A stretch of DNA of 64,000 bases. Source: Tubiluchus corallicola. Taxonomy: Eukaryota; Animalia; Priapulida. The position numbers were made by a program, and so were the translations under genes. Shown in pieces: positions 14,301 through 27,828 of the stretch. Within the stretch, counting starts at the first letter, position 1, and each line of letters begins with the position of its first letter. The notes beneath the pieces were generated by a model that was not told the DNA's origin, searched no databases, and worked only from the letters and a program-made list of their open reading frames with translations. The stretch covers positions 1,302,001-1,366,000 of the forward strand of contig JAQGDQ010000006.1 of assembly GCA_030141605.1 (NCBI GenBank), given 5' to 3'.

Positions 14301-17300
14301 TTTTAAAAATAATATAAACAAAGAAAACACACGTAGCTAAGATAGTCCAACCTTCTGAAACAATGTTTTTAAACAGCATGACAAAAATCACCCTTACAGA
14401 GCTTGAATTACAATGCTAAACGTCAGCAAGAATTCTCAACTAGAATGTGAGCAGTAAAACCAGTTGTTAAAGAAAGTAGTAAAATTAAAATCAAGTACAT
14501 AAGACTATTGTAACATTCATTTTTCATTGATCATTGCTTTGTTTTTTAAATATATATGTACAGTATATGTACGGAACCTGATTGTTTCTTCATTCTTTCA
14601 GACACGTTTACATGTACAGAAGGTGGATACAGCTTCATTCAGTGCTTACCTGAGACGTACAGATGTGATGGTGTTATAGATTGCTCAGATTCTACAGATG
14701 AAGAGGGATGTAATAATGAAGACTGTGATGGCAATTTTAGATGCAATAACACAAAATGCATTAACATGCATTACGTGTGTGATGGCATTTGGGATTGCAC
14801 TGATGGTATTTTTACTGCTATAATTTTTGTTCCAGCATGTCAGTTAGGAACACTAGCCACTATAACAGTTTAAATGTTATTTTATTGTTGTGTAACACAA
14901 TGCAAAAGCATAGAAACATAACATAACGTAACGAAATATAACATAATGTAATATGACGTAATGTAATTTGCTGTAATGTTACTTAATATTATTAACTGCC
15001 TGTAAGTGAAATATGGAAATTATCTTAACTGTGATATGAAACCAAGCCTTGCATATTCTTGGTAGCTCTGCTATTTCATAACCTGAACCTGATTTGTTTG
15101 TTTGACAATATTACAATATAACGAACATTGCTTTAACAAAATTCATTCATTAAATCTTGCAGGTAGTGATGAAGGTGAAATATGTACTTCCAAGACTTGT
15201 GATACAGATTCATACACATGCATGGATGGTTACTGTATACCGCAATCATGGTTGTGTGATGGAGAATTTGATTGTGTAGATGGAGATGATGAAAAATTAT
15301 GTGGTTAGTAACAGTTAAAACATTAAGATTTCATCTGACTGACAAGCATCTTTTGTTAATAATAGTAATGTGTTTGCATTGATGCAGGCTGTAGGCTGAT
15401 AGTAATACAATTAATGTCAGATTAGTCACACAAATTTGTATGTGCTTATGCTACCAGTGCAGAGAAAACCACCAGCTATGTTAAAGGAAAACCAGACGAT
15501 TGTTTAGACCCAATTTCATTTTAATTTACTGTCCAAAATATACATTTTATTGCCTATAAAGTTGGCAATTGTTTCTTGTATTTGAATAATTAGCTTAGAA
15601 AGTTAATTAATGGAACCAAACACAGCTATTGCTTATATCAGAAACTAACCTCAGTTTGTGCAATGGCAGGCATCTCCCTTGCGCATCAAGCACGTTTGCG
15701 TTAAATGTTACAGTACTGCTCTGACACATGACTGTTACATGACTGTTACGTAATCGCGTGATGTCACAGAAATGGGCTCTACGTCATATGACATTAGAAA
15801 CTAACACTGCAGCTCATGATCATGGTTATTTGTCGGTCACGCGAACATGACAAAAAGGCACCGTTGCCAATCTTAGTATCTTAGTAGATTCACTTAGTTG
15901 CACGTGACCTTGAAAGTAACAAAATTTGAGTATCCGAAGTAATTATTATTTAATCTAGGCTTTGATTTAAAAAAAGCTATTGTAGTTTTCAATATTTTAG
16001 AGCATTCTTTATTCTGTATTAATGTTTACACAATCGTCCGGTCTTCCTTTAATATTAACAAACCAACGATGAGAAGCTCGCAACAAAAGAGCAATAGTCA
16101 ATAGATTCTACTTCGGAAAAATTTTCAGCATTATAGCTGAATAAGTATGAAATTTAGAATACAGTTTCAAAAATTAGAAATCTTAATCTCTATTATAGAA
16201 ATTTTACTTGTAAGTTCAACAGCATTAATTTGATGTACTACTTAGTTTCCAGTGCAAACGAATGTGATGCTACGGATTTCTGGTGTCCAACAGACATGAT
16301 GTGCATTTCGCGTACTTGGACATGTGATGGTAAAGCAGACTGTAGCAATGGTGAAGACGAAGATGGAAGTTTGTGTAGTAAGTACTCTTATTAAAAATTG
16401 AAATAGTCCAAAAAGCAAAATGAAATACATAATTCAGCCACCTTAGTGAAAGCCACTTCAGCCAAATTGTGAAACTTAGTGATTCTATCAATTAAACAAA
16501 GCACATATGTAATAATTTCTTGAAGTTCAAGCCTCGAACTGATAATAGATGATGTTATATTCTCTTGGTGCACAAGAAAAAAATTAAACCTTTAGCTACA
16601 GACATGAACTTGAAAAGTGACAGATGCCTTCATGCCATTAAAACATACTGAAAAAACATCTAACAACTACATTTTAAGGAGCACATTACCTTGGATACCA
16701 GCAATGATAAGGTCCCACATATAGAACTATTAAGTTTGAATAGGATTCAAAAGAATTCCAAGTTCCAGCTCAAGATAAGTGTTTAGCAGGGTATCCAATA
16801 TCACATCATCATATGCCACTTTCTCTTGATTCCACTCCTACGAACACTATTTGAACTGCTACAGATAATAAAACTGTTGTTATTCTAATTATTGTTATAA
16901 CATTATAATTACTATTATTTTAGATTGCACAGCCGACGAGATGGCATGCGCAGTTGGTGGTTGTGTACCTTTACTTAATGCATGCAATGGAGTGAAAGAC
17001 TGTGGTGATGGCAGCGACGAATGGAATTGTGTCAGCATTGCTGGCGGTCAGCTGTTCGTATGGCATGCAGAGTTTGGCTATCAACCTGTGTGTACTGATC
17101 AATGGAGCAGAGACTGGGGAAATGCTGTCTGCTTACAACTTGGTTATAGGTAAAGTGCTAATAAGCTGACTGCAGCTGGCTGTAAAAACTGTCTTAAAAA
17201 CGTAGATTCAATGAGAAAGAGATGTCTTTCTCCTTTTAAAGATACCACCTGACAATTAAATGATTATTTTACAAAAAGTAATGGCTGGTAGGTGCCTGCA

Positions 17301-20300
17301 GAATAGTTGGTGACAACTAATCCTAGACCTTACATTAAAGTTGCAGACATTCTCACTTTTGTGCTATGTTCTGTAAAAGTGAGGAGAGCTTGCCTTATAA
17401 TGGAGTGCATTGGTAATACCCATATATACGAGTACCTAGTTCTACGAGATAGCCATCGATGGCAACAATTCATTGTTTAAGAACACAAGTCTGACATGTG
17501 ACATCTAGAAAAAAAACTTTCTACACCCTTGACCCTTAGAAAAATTCGTGCATTTCAAGTTCATACATTTAACACAGTGTTTATTTTTTTTAATAGTGGA
17601 ATTCTAGCATCATCTACATTACATGCAAACTATGAAGATAGGGGAAATTTTCATTTGATTGATGGTGCAGATCCGTTTTTGACAGAAATTTTGCAAAGTG
17701 CTGTAGATTACAGGTAATGATTAAGCACACTTCACAATCAATGGCTTGCTTCTAAAACTTGAGTATGCCTACCCAACTACTTTGTTACTGCTTTATTTGA
17801 AGTTTCCACTTTTAATGACTGGTTAAAGGACAGATGCACAGAAAATGTTGAAGTTGAGGTAATAGTTTCAAATGCCAAGCTGATTGGTGGGCCAATAATG
17901 AAAATCTTGGAAGATACTTCAGAAGGATATAAATCTGGAAAATTCTCAACTCCAAGTGTGTTATAATAAAATTATAACATAAGTGTAAGAATACAAATTA
18001 CTTAGTTACACCAATCTATACTGGTCTCCCTTTCAGTTGTGGTTTGTGAGTCCATAAATTACTTTTGTACTGTCTATGTAAATTCTGAGTCCTTAAATAA
18101 CATGAAATATATACGTGATTATATGCATATATAGCATAATGCACATCATGCATAAAAACATGCACTCCTGGTGCACTTTGTCGAAAACAAGAGGCACACT
18201 GTTTAATTTCTTCCATTCACTACATTATTATTTGTGTTATGTGCAGTTACGTATTTCCTTACTTGTTTCAGGTTTGCAGCAGACTGCATTGATAGGAGCT
18301 ACGTCATGATTGCTTGCCAGCAGTTCCAATGTGGCAACTGGTCAATGCCTGCTGCATTACTCCCCTCTCCGGCTCCAAGGCGTGTCAAGCGGTTAGTGGG
18401 TGGTGATGTGGCAATGGATGGAGAACTACCATCAGTAGCTATTGTTTATCACATCGAAACACAACAGCTATGTGTAGGGACCATAATCTCACCAATGTGG
18501 CTCATCACGTCAGCACGGTGTATAACTAAAATGTTAGTATAATATTTAAATTTTTAAAATTAAAATGTTTAACATTTAAGCAACATATTTGCACTATATA
18601 AATATGAAAATTACGGCTTCTGTTTTTAATGATGTAAATATGCTCATAGTTGATTATGTTTGTGAAATGGTTTTGTTCCAATCTATCAACTAGAAAATTG
18701 GACACCAGTGAGCATGGCATTCCTTTAAAATTTAGTCACCCGTTAATTTGAAATCACATTAAAGACAATGCTGCTGCAAAACTGAAGACATTCTAACTAA
18801 GATACATGTTTCACTTACAGTGATATGGATCCAAGTAAATATGCTATTGCTGGGGGAGCTTCATTCCCAAATCCATCAAATCCAAACACACAGCTCAGGA
18901 CAATACACAGGATAATTCTTCATCCCAAGGCACATTACACCAGGTAATACGTTAAACTGTTAATTTGAAATGAAATGGCCACGCAATTTTTTTGTTTAAA
19001 ACAACCAGTGTCACTTTTTACTAGAAAATGATTCAGAAAACAATGTGCTAATTGTCAGTACTATAAATTAAAGACTTCTAGATTTATACTTCAGTATTGC
19101 ATAATGCTTTTAACTGTTAAGTAATTTCATGCAAGTTATTCATAAGTGACAATTATCCAACCAACCATACAAGAAAAATGTATGTGGCACTGCATGCTAT
19201 GGTATCTTACATTTGCTGTGCAATGCGAATATTTCATATTCTGTTAGATTTCTTAATAAATAAGCAGTCTAGTTTTGCAAATTATTATTTTTTACTTTTG
19301 ACTACCAATTAAACAAAATAACTTCAAGATTAAGTATAACTGTAGTTAGCTTTAAATTAACTTTTTCAATATTTTTCAGATTCTTCCCAGATTATGATAT
19401 TGCATTGATAAAGCTAACTTTACCATTTAACTTTGATACCTATATCCAAGCAATATGTCTTCCCCAGCAAGCGGTAGCAACAGGAACCAAGTGCACAACT
19501 GCTGGATGGGGTTTTACAAATCCAGGAGGTACACCTAAATTTTATATAGCTGACACTGATGTAAAAATCAGAAAAGGTTTTTAGGTAATAAAGCCTATGA
19601 CAAATTCTGGATATTTACAACACACACAAAACGCCATTGCCAGCTGTTTTTAACATGTGTTAAACTTTACTAAGTTGAAATGAGCAAAATTATAAACAAA
19701 AAATAAAACTGAAATATTACACTAAAAAGTGCTGTATTGTACTAATACTTTCTACTAATTTACCAAATATCTACAAAAATTATAATATGAGTAATTGTGA
19801 AATATCAATACAATACTACACTACTACTACTGCAAACTACAAGCTACATGCATCACACTGCCCTAAATTACACCAAAGGAATAATAATTATAAACTGTGA
19901 AACAAAATATTGCAGCTGCAAAATTATTAATACAAAATTGCAGTAGCACCTAAGTTTTGCAAAGAATCACACACACAAGGCCTGTGCACAAAAGTAGATT
20001 TTTAGACTACTTGGAAATACTCTAGCGTCATTTAAAATATAAACACACTACAGAACGAAATAGAAATGTCCTACAAGATGTCGTGTAAAATTTTACATAA
20101 AAAGGCTTTCAATAAACAAATTCTTTGGACCATTCCAGTTTGTGGTTCCTCACTTGGAAATTGCAGACGTATATATGGCACAAACACATAGATGTGGAGA
20201 GAAAGATTATTTCTGCATAAAGGCACTGCTTGGAATTTTTGTATATTACGATCCTTCGTGGACGAATCCAATGCTGTCTCTGCATCCTTTTATAGTGAAA

Positions 20301-21349
20301 AATTTCTAAATAATTTGAAGTTATGGGCAAAGTGCTTGCAAGCCTTACAAGCCACTTACTAATCCGAGAAAGCCTTAAGAAACATTTTGTGCTGATACAA
20401 CTTTATGTATCACAGTAATTTGGAGAAGCACTCACAAAACAACATCTAATTTAATAATACTTATAACATCCCATCTCAGATTTAAAATACAAGTTAATTT
20501 TATTTTTGGGAATGAGAACAAACAGGAAGGAACTATTGTAATGTATGTACATAATGTTGTAATTTTAATCTTTATTTTCTAGGAATTTCCAGTGAAACAA
20601 TAAACACAAATTTAAATTACTTGGAAATACCAACATTAACTTCAGAGCTGTGTAACAGTACCAAGCATTACAATGGACACATGACAGAAACCACCTTGTG
20701 TGCAGGCTACCTTACTCAGGAAAAAGCATTATGTGATGTAAGTGCCTGGTGACTTTAATTACTAATTAATGCGTTTGAACAAAATGTTCAGACAAAACAT
20801 CCATTAACTGAAAATTATTACTGTTATTACGCCATTATAATTCTTACTTGCAAGTATCTCTAAAGTGGCACTTTTGTTATCTGTAAGAAACTGACACGGA
20901 GAAAAATGAGCAAATATACTGCATATTTAGTCCAAATCCAAATCATACATGCCATCTAACAAGCTCTAATCTATAATTAGATATCAGATAGATTACGTTC
21001 GCAAACACCAATTACAGCGTAACACTTTTTGAGTGAAGTATTTAATTAAATAGAGAAATATATATGCATATATGTTCAAACAGCTTTTTTTCACTACATT
21101 TCCAATAACTTGGAAAATGATAGCATTATTATAATATGGAAGGCATACCCCAATGTATTAGCTTTACAAAGCTTCTATACATTTCAGCATGATGAAGGAG
21201 CACCACTAATGTGTAGAAATCAAGAGGATGGTCCATGGGAGTTATCGGGTATTCTCAGCAGCCAACATAAGTGTGGATTATCTAAACAACCGTCCATTTT
21301 TGCCGACGTATTTGCTATGAGTGATTGGATACGATCAGTACTTAGCTAA
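5357..21349 (+). CDS. Type II transmembrane serine-protease homologue (corin/enteropeptidase-like mosaic: TM-SEA-EGF-mucin-5xLDLa-SRCR-inactive trypsin domain), ~1432 aa
   Basis: 18 GT-AG exons with consistent phases: 5357-5646, 7438-7568 (TM WSLLIIAGIIFVILVALFLAAVYIA), 8861-8926, 9236-9345, 10144-10211, 10439-10608 (SEA, FRPGSV), 12028-12159 (EGF NECKMNNGNCSNTC..CDCPPGYQL..C), 12596-14257 (mucin), 14602-14805, 15163-15303, 16246-16377, 16924-17149 (LDLa CDG..DC.D.SDE x5, SRCR start), 17597-17713, 18272-18532 (RRVKR/LVGG, TSARC), 18821-18943, 19380-19528 (YDIAL, ICLP, GWG), 20583-20737, 21188-21349 (HDEGAPLMC, stop TAA). Total 4299 nt, divisible by 3. Confidence 0.9.
6672..7330. mobile_element. 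Non-autonomous Tc1/mariner-like MITE with long degenerate inverted arms
   Basis: Starts TA|CAGGGTG and ends CACCCAT|TA. TTTTATTTTATTCATTTACTCAT (6891-6913) is the reverse complement of ATGAGTAAATGAATAAAATAAAA (7101-7123). TATTAGTATGATTATATTGT (~6854) pairs with ACAATATAATCGTAGTAATA (7141-7160). No coding capacity. Confidence 0.7.
12601..14208 (+). repeat. Coding 30-bp minisatellite (PEPTTSTEP[T/A])n, ~53 units, mucin-like O-glycosylated stalk
   Basis: 40 units of 30 bp (12601-13800), one 27-bp unit (13801-13827), 12 more units to 14187 and a partial unit. Frame stays open inside a single exon. Confidence 0.97.
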
Positions 21350-23574
21350 AAATGGAGCTGGAGACCATCAGTTCATCTGCACGAACGATCAAATTGCAAA
21401 TGTGATTAAAAATAAAGTCACTATTTTTACATTTGCGAAGTGACTGCTAGCTGTCTTGACAGCAAAAAGGGAAGCGAAATTAATGCATGACTTGCGAAGT
21501 TCATTAATATCTCATTGCCAAAAGACTGTGTCATTACAGGTTTGTAACGTGATGTGCAACAAATGTAAGTTTGCTGACTCAGCAAAGTAGCTCAATGAAT
21601 CTTCCTAACAGATCTAAACTGTTTCATTCTTTTTTATATATAACGCAGTTTAGGTTTATTGAATCCAAGAATTTAAATTTTATTTTACATTCTCATTATG
21701 ATAGAATAACACTGACAAATTGTACAAATGACTTACTCTTACTTGTACAGTACTAATAAATGTGGTTTCAAAGCTATCATAATTAAGGCGTTACTTAGTA
21801 AATTGTCTTTTATAATATTATTAGAAGCTAAAAAATGTAACAAATGTAGGAAGTAAATGTAGCATTTGATCCTGTCAAAATTTATGTAGTAAATATGACA
21901 GATATAATTCGTAATGTCAGGAACTGACAATCAATTAAAAAAATCTACATAACAATAAATAAGATGAAAAAGAGCCCAAAAAGAGCTCACTAGAAACTTT
22001 TTTTGGAATTTATAATGTTAACATATTCATTTATAAATGCAGAAAACATCACAAGCGCAAGAAGATAATCACTAATTGGAAGAAATATGAATGGCATCTA
22101 TAATTTTTAAATCTGGCCAAATATCCACTTAATACTGAGCTGATTTCCTGTTAACACATATTGGTGTTTCGATGTCTATAAAATACTACATAACTTAGTA
22201 TACCCAGAGTGACCAACTAAGTAAAGTTGAGTTAAGTATTTGCTTAAAGTGAATATGTAATGCTTATCAAAACACAACCCTAATTTGCAATAACACAAAA
22301 GCATCTACAAGTAGCAGACTGACAGAAAGACCGATGCACGCACGCACACACACAGTACTTCTATAAGCTGTTCAAAAAGGTTTTAAAAATATGAAAGAAA
22401 ATTATTTTTTCTTAAATATATTTATTGTTGCAGTTATTTGGTCCTTAAAACACAATATAAATATGATGCACATAAAAAAGCACAATATTGCAGAATTGAT
22501 GACACTACATTGACTATCACAAAAATAACTAAGAACTTAAAAAAAGTTTAAATTATAATATACAAATATACAGCTGGTACATTATATAATATTTTATCAA
22601 ATTTATAAAAAATTGACTGAGTACTTTCAATGACAAAATAGCACCAAAATTTATCAAATTACAGGTTTCGATTTACATAAATATGTATATTATATATCAG
22701 AGTACATGTACATCTAAAATAATTAAACGATCTAACTCAAATATAAAATACTTTTCTTAAAACATGATATTACAGCTATTAAAATGAACAGCAGCAAACC
22801 AGCAGCTACTATAAAAATGAAAACTAATTTAGTTTTTTGCAAAACAAAAATGCAAGCACTGGGAATAAAAGACTTCAGTACAATTCACAATTTAGAAATT
22901 TCTTACTAATGCTATGCATAGCAAAACAGGCGAGTTACCATAAAAACTGATTTATGGTACTGATGTTATACCCAGACAAGTGAGAATATATTCAACATGA
23001 ATATTTAAGAAAAAAAAATCATTTTAAATATTTTTACTTGTTACTTACAGTTTTACAAATGTAAGCAGACATAAAAACCAAAGAACATACAAGTGTAATA
23101 CAAGGAGCTCAGGAGCTAGGCCACATTTTCACATAAAAGATTAATTGTAAAATAATTACATAACTACGTCAAAAAGAAATATTCGTGTTTCTGTATACAA
23201 TACACAAGCTTAAAATGGGGCTTTTGAAATCATGATATGAAAACTACTGCTTCCTAAAGAGAATTATTAAAGTTTTAAAATGTGTTATAAATGTCTATGC
23301 AGAAACATTCACTCTGATGTAATATGTCTACTCAATCAAAGTATTTATCATTTATATCTTAGCTAAATTTGTTAATAAAAATGAATATAGACAAAAAAGC
23401 TACATTAGCTTCAGTGCTGGTTGGCTTATTATTTACCTTAGTTCTATGTCTGTATCAACAAACATGTTTTAAGCTGCACATATCATGAAGCTTATTGGGA
23501 ATGATATCAAGTCTGTAACACATAATCAAATGTAATTACAAACATACTTAAAGTGAACTTTGTCAACATCAGTA

Positions 23575-26500
23575 TCATGCAGCCTTGCAGCATTTATTTT
23601 GAGTTGTACTATGCTTTCTATTTCTGTCTTCATGAAGTACCACTTTGCTGCCATGGAAGTCTGCTTCTACTAAGCTACCTTTTCCATTAATATTGGCACA
23701 TGGAAAGAAGAATTTAAATATATATTCAAAAACCATATCAACATTTTCACCAGAAAGGCTAGAGGTTTCAAAATATGGAACAACGGCACCTACTTTTAGG
23801 GAAGGGTTGAGTTCGTTAGCTTTTGCTGTTGCAGTTTCATGCGACACAGCCCGAGAAGATGTTGTGGTTAGATCCAGCTTACAGCCTACAAGTACTTTGA
23901 GGCATTCCTCTTCTGCATACGAGCGAACAAGTGGAATAAACCGATCCCTATGCAAAAAAATTCTATACAAAGAATCAGGAAAAATCTAATAAGGTAAAAT
24001 CAAAAACTCAACCACTATTGAAATGCTCCCTGCAAAATCTCCAGTAGAAAGTTCTGTATAAAAGTGTCAGCATGACTTTCTGGGAAAGACCACAACGTAT
24101 TAATGTACAAGTTATTGTGTCTGAGCCACGGTTTCACAGGATTCGCGATTTAAGCGGCTCTCCGAAAATTTCTAAGTTCAACAGTCACCAATTATACTCA
24201 AATATACTGCAAAAGTTTTGCAAATAATTGCAAAACATTTGCAGGTGTTCGCTGTTGTCACCTAAAGGTTGCTCGGAAATTTTTTTTAAAACATTAAAAA
24301 GTTGTCACCGGAGTCGCAAAATTTGTGCAAATATGTCACCGATTATTCGTGATTTTCGTAAATAATTTCAGAATCTGTGAAAATTTGGAGGAAATTTAGG
24401 AAAGCTTTTAAGAATCCTGAGACGGCTTTAGGACCGTTTTTCAACATTTCACCGAACTAACTACAGTTAGCTTTCATGTATTTTGCCAAACATTTCCAAT
24501 GAGCTTCTTGCGGACAGAAAGGGACTAATTTAGAAACAATTTTTCGAAATTTTCCCTACAATTTTCAAAGTTTGTCGATAGCATAGACATTTATGATGTT
24601 CAGTCTTAGAAAACTCACCATAAAGCTCTGTAAGAATCTGCACACGACATATCAAAAGCTAAAATAACAACTTTAGCACCACGGAAATAATGTGCTCCTA
24701 AACCTGTTCCTGAAAAGAACTTTTCCTGTCCTGCAGTATCCTAGAAAATTAGAATAAACAATACCAAAACATTATACTTACAATTTACGAATAATAAGTA
24801 ATTTGCGAATAATTTATGAAGTTAACTTATTACATCAAACGTATTATGCCAATTCAAATTTGAAACAATATCACTTGTTCATCGGTGAATAAAGAAGCTA
24901 AAAATGCAAATCACAACATTACAGTTGAGTTAAGTACAAGAATGGTATGATAATTAATCATGATAATTAACTTGTTTATACAAAAACTGTCATTTATCAG
25001 TAAGAATTTAGTTTAACATTGTTCAGATTTATGTATGTATGTGATCATGACTAATACACATGATACACTAAATACAACCAAAGATATGCATGAATTCTAA
25101 AAAGGTGTAAATAGGTGATTCATTGTTATTATACCAATATTATATTACTTTTGAAATATCTGGTGTGCAGACATTTCAACACAGGACATTTTGCCACAAG
25201 ACGCTAGGACACAAAAGTCATTTGGACACAAGGCACTTCGGACACAAAGCTGCTTCGACAAATTAGGTAATTTGGACCCAAGGCGATTTGGACACTAGGT
25301 CATTTAGACATACGGCGATTTGTACACACAGGACATTTAGACACAAGGATATATGGACGCATGGGACATTTCCTTGCTCATTTAGTGTAAATAATAACTT
25401 ATTAAAGACATTAGTAAGTTAGACAAATGTATACATTAAGGCCTATTCTTCAATATTACTTTATTACATACTTACCCATATCGCAATATTAAATGAACCC
25501 CATCGCTTCATGTAAAGGGCTGCACCAATGGTCTGAAAAAAAGACAGGGTAAAAAAGATTCGTTTTAAACATTCTAAAACGAAAATGTAAATACTGTAAT
25601 TACCATTCCTGTAATACATATAGTTATTATGCAATTATTAAAGAACTATGCAGTTTCTTCAGTGTGGTTCTGGCCATCCACCTTAATTACAAGTGTAAGA
25701 ATAGCAAAACGTAAATAAATATAAACAGAAAATTATTTTTAAAAAACGTGAAAAAGCTATACCGCTTCAGATATCGGATCAAATGTTTTTTCTTTATATC
25801 TTCTAATCAAAGAAGTTTTTCCAACGCCACATGTTCCAACAATTACAACTTTTAGGTCTCTGAAACAATACAAAGCCATGCATAAATGCTGGCATATCAG
25901 ACCTAAACTACAAGTCAGCTTAAGTAGGCTATAGTGACACTGCACACCAGTTTTCCATGTATACTTTTGTATAGCATTTTGTAACTACTGTAAAGACAAA
26001 AACAACATAAAGTGGAGATGTTTAATGTCTTGCCACACTTTTAACTTGATCTCGATTAATAACACAAAAAGATCAGAACAAATTTAATGCATCATATACC
26101 AAAACATTGTGAAGCACGGTGTTTTGGAGATACGAATGATTACAGATAACTAAACAAAGGTTCTAGCATTAAAAAAGTATATCTATCTATCTATAATATA
26201 CATACATACATACATATATGGTTTCTGGTTTCTATCCAATACTTAAAGAGGCAACATTTATGTATTTTGCATATTCTATATGTACTGAAACAGAGTACAA
26301 AATGTCTTCATGTTCTGCACTTGACACAACATGCATACACTGCTTATTTTTTTCATTTATTGTACAATGTCAATTCAGTATACAAGTAGTAATCCCTGTA
26401 AATAGTAGTTGGTTTGAATTTTTATTGGAAAATATTCCCTCTCTAGCAGTTTTATAATGTACACAGAATTGTGCCCATTTTCATTCTTTTCAAAATTATG

Positions 26501-27828
26501 TTATATTTACTTCAGAACTTTTCAGAAAGGCATGCACAGTTATTCAGATTTCTACTGGTGCAACCTCCTCCACGTTTGCACATATGCATAGCCCATAAGT
26601 CAAAAACTTTTTACAGGACAGAGAAATTTGAAAGCAATAAAAAGATCTGAAAATTAAAAAAGTATTGGTACAAATTTCTGATTTTTTCTTGTACAAGTCT
26701 GAGTTCTACAAATACAAACTACAGGTAGTGCAAAGAATGTTTTATGAAAATGTAATATCTCGATTCCGTTTAGAAGACCAGTTCACAATGCAAGACCAAA
26801 CACGAATTTACCAAAACAGAAATCAGAACTGTGTGGTACAGCAACTAATTTATGTAAGTTTTGGTAACTTTGGTACATAGTTCACTTCTCCAGCTGTGTC
26901 ATCAGCCGTTCTTTTCAAACAGCCAACAATTCCTTTCCATGTATAGACATAAATCTATTTGCAGGACTATTTGTAATATAGCAAGTTAATGATCAGAACA
27001 CATCAAGCCAGCTGCCATTCGTCTAGTTTTGGCGGATCAGATATGGTTTGCTTGTGATTATGTGCCCAGGCTACTACCAGTGACGAATTTATACACAAAT
27101 AAACTCAAAACAGTAATGAAGGTAACTTAGAGGTGAGCATCATATAAGTTTAAACTGTGATTTTTTTCCGGGAATGGGTAGTACCTGGTGAAAGCTGTGT
27201 GACATTTTGCGATACAATAAAAATTCAGCCCTGAAATATGCTAGATCATTTCTTTCAGAATGCTTGGGATATCACATGTTGTGAGCTTACATATGGCTAG
27301 TTAAAGCACAAGAAAACCCTCCACTTATATGTATAAAGCTTAAAAAATTTCTCTTGAAATTTTGTACTATTTACATACTGCCTTTTTGCATACAGGGCTT
27401 GCATTGATAGTAACCTTGTATAAAACATGTAAATTTAAACTCCTGCGATGACCGTTAGATGCAGCCATTTTGATGAGAAGTCATTTGAAAATAGTTTAGA
27501 TAACACTGAGTAAAGTTTGAAGAACTAATCAGAGCATTCGTATCGCACACATCGTTAACTAAGTAAACTTTTAAGTTACTGTTTCTTGTCAATAAGATTA
27601 AAAATACTTTTTGGTTAGTGAGTGGTGCACCCTGGAGGTGAGCTAATGACATTTTACCAAACGGTGAAAAGATTTTAAATAATTAATAATTTTCTTTTCT
27701 AGTTATGTAAGTCTTTCAATGTGGAAGCGAAATGCTAAGTAATATAACTTTGCACGGAAAGTTTTTTGGAACACAGTTTAACCTTTCTTTTTCTTCTCCT
27801 GATTTAGGTTGTGCATGAATGACATCAT
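23575..27828 (-). CDS. RAB20: Rab-family small GTPase, Rab20-like (~246 aa)
   Basis: Minus-strand exons 27828-27783 and 27230-27185 (both less certain), 25859-25763 (KVVIVGTCGVGKTS), 25532-25476 (TIGAALYMKRWGSFNIAIW, like Rab20 TVGGAFYLKQW..YNISIW), 24740-24619 (DTAGQEKF..YFRGA), 23947-23575 (GCKLD, FETSS, C-terminal CCKAA prenylation motif). Phases join in frame, 741 nt. Rab identity is firm; the Rab20 versus Rab24 assignment is from motif memory. Confidence 0.8.
25168..25372. repeat. Degenerate 15-17-bp tandem array (GGACACAAGGNCATTT-like), probable DNA-transposon subterminal repeats
   Basis: About 12 imperfect units such as GACATTTCAACACAG, TTTGGACACAAGGC and TTTGGACACTAGG in a Rab intron. 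Confidence 0.6.

Noticed and set aside
12573-14391. Long minus-strand ORFs (GSGVGSVEVV repeats and Trp/Cys-rich repeats) resembling silk or elastin-like proteins
   Set aside because: Antisense shadows of the 30-bp mucin array; the plus frame is bounded by in-phase splice sites within a coherent gene.
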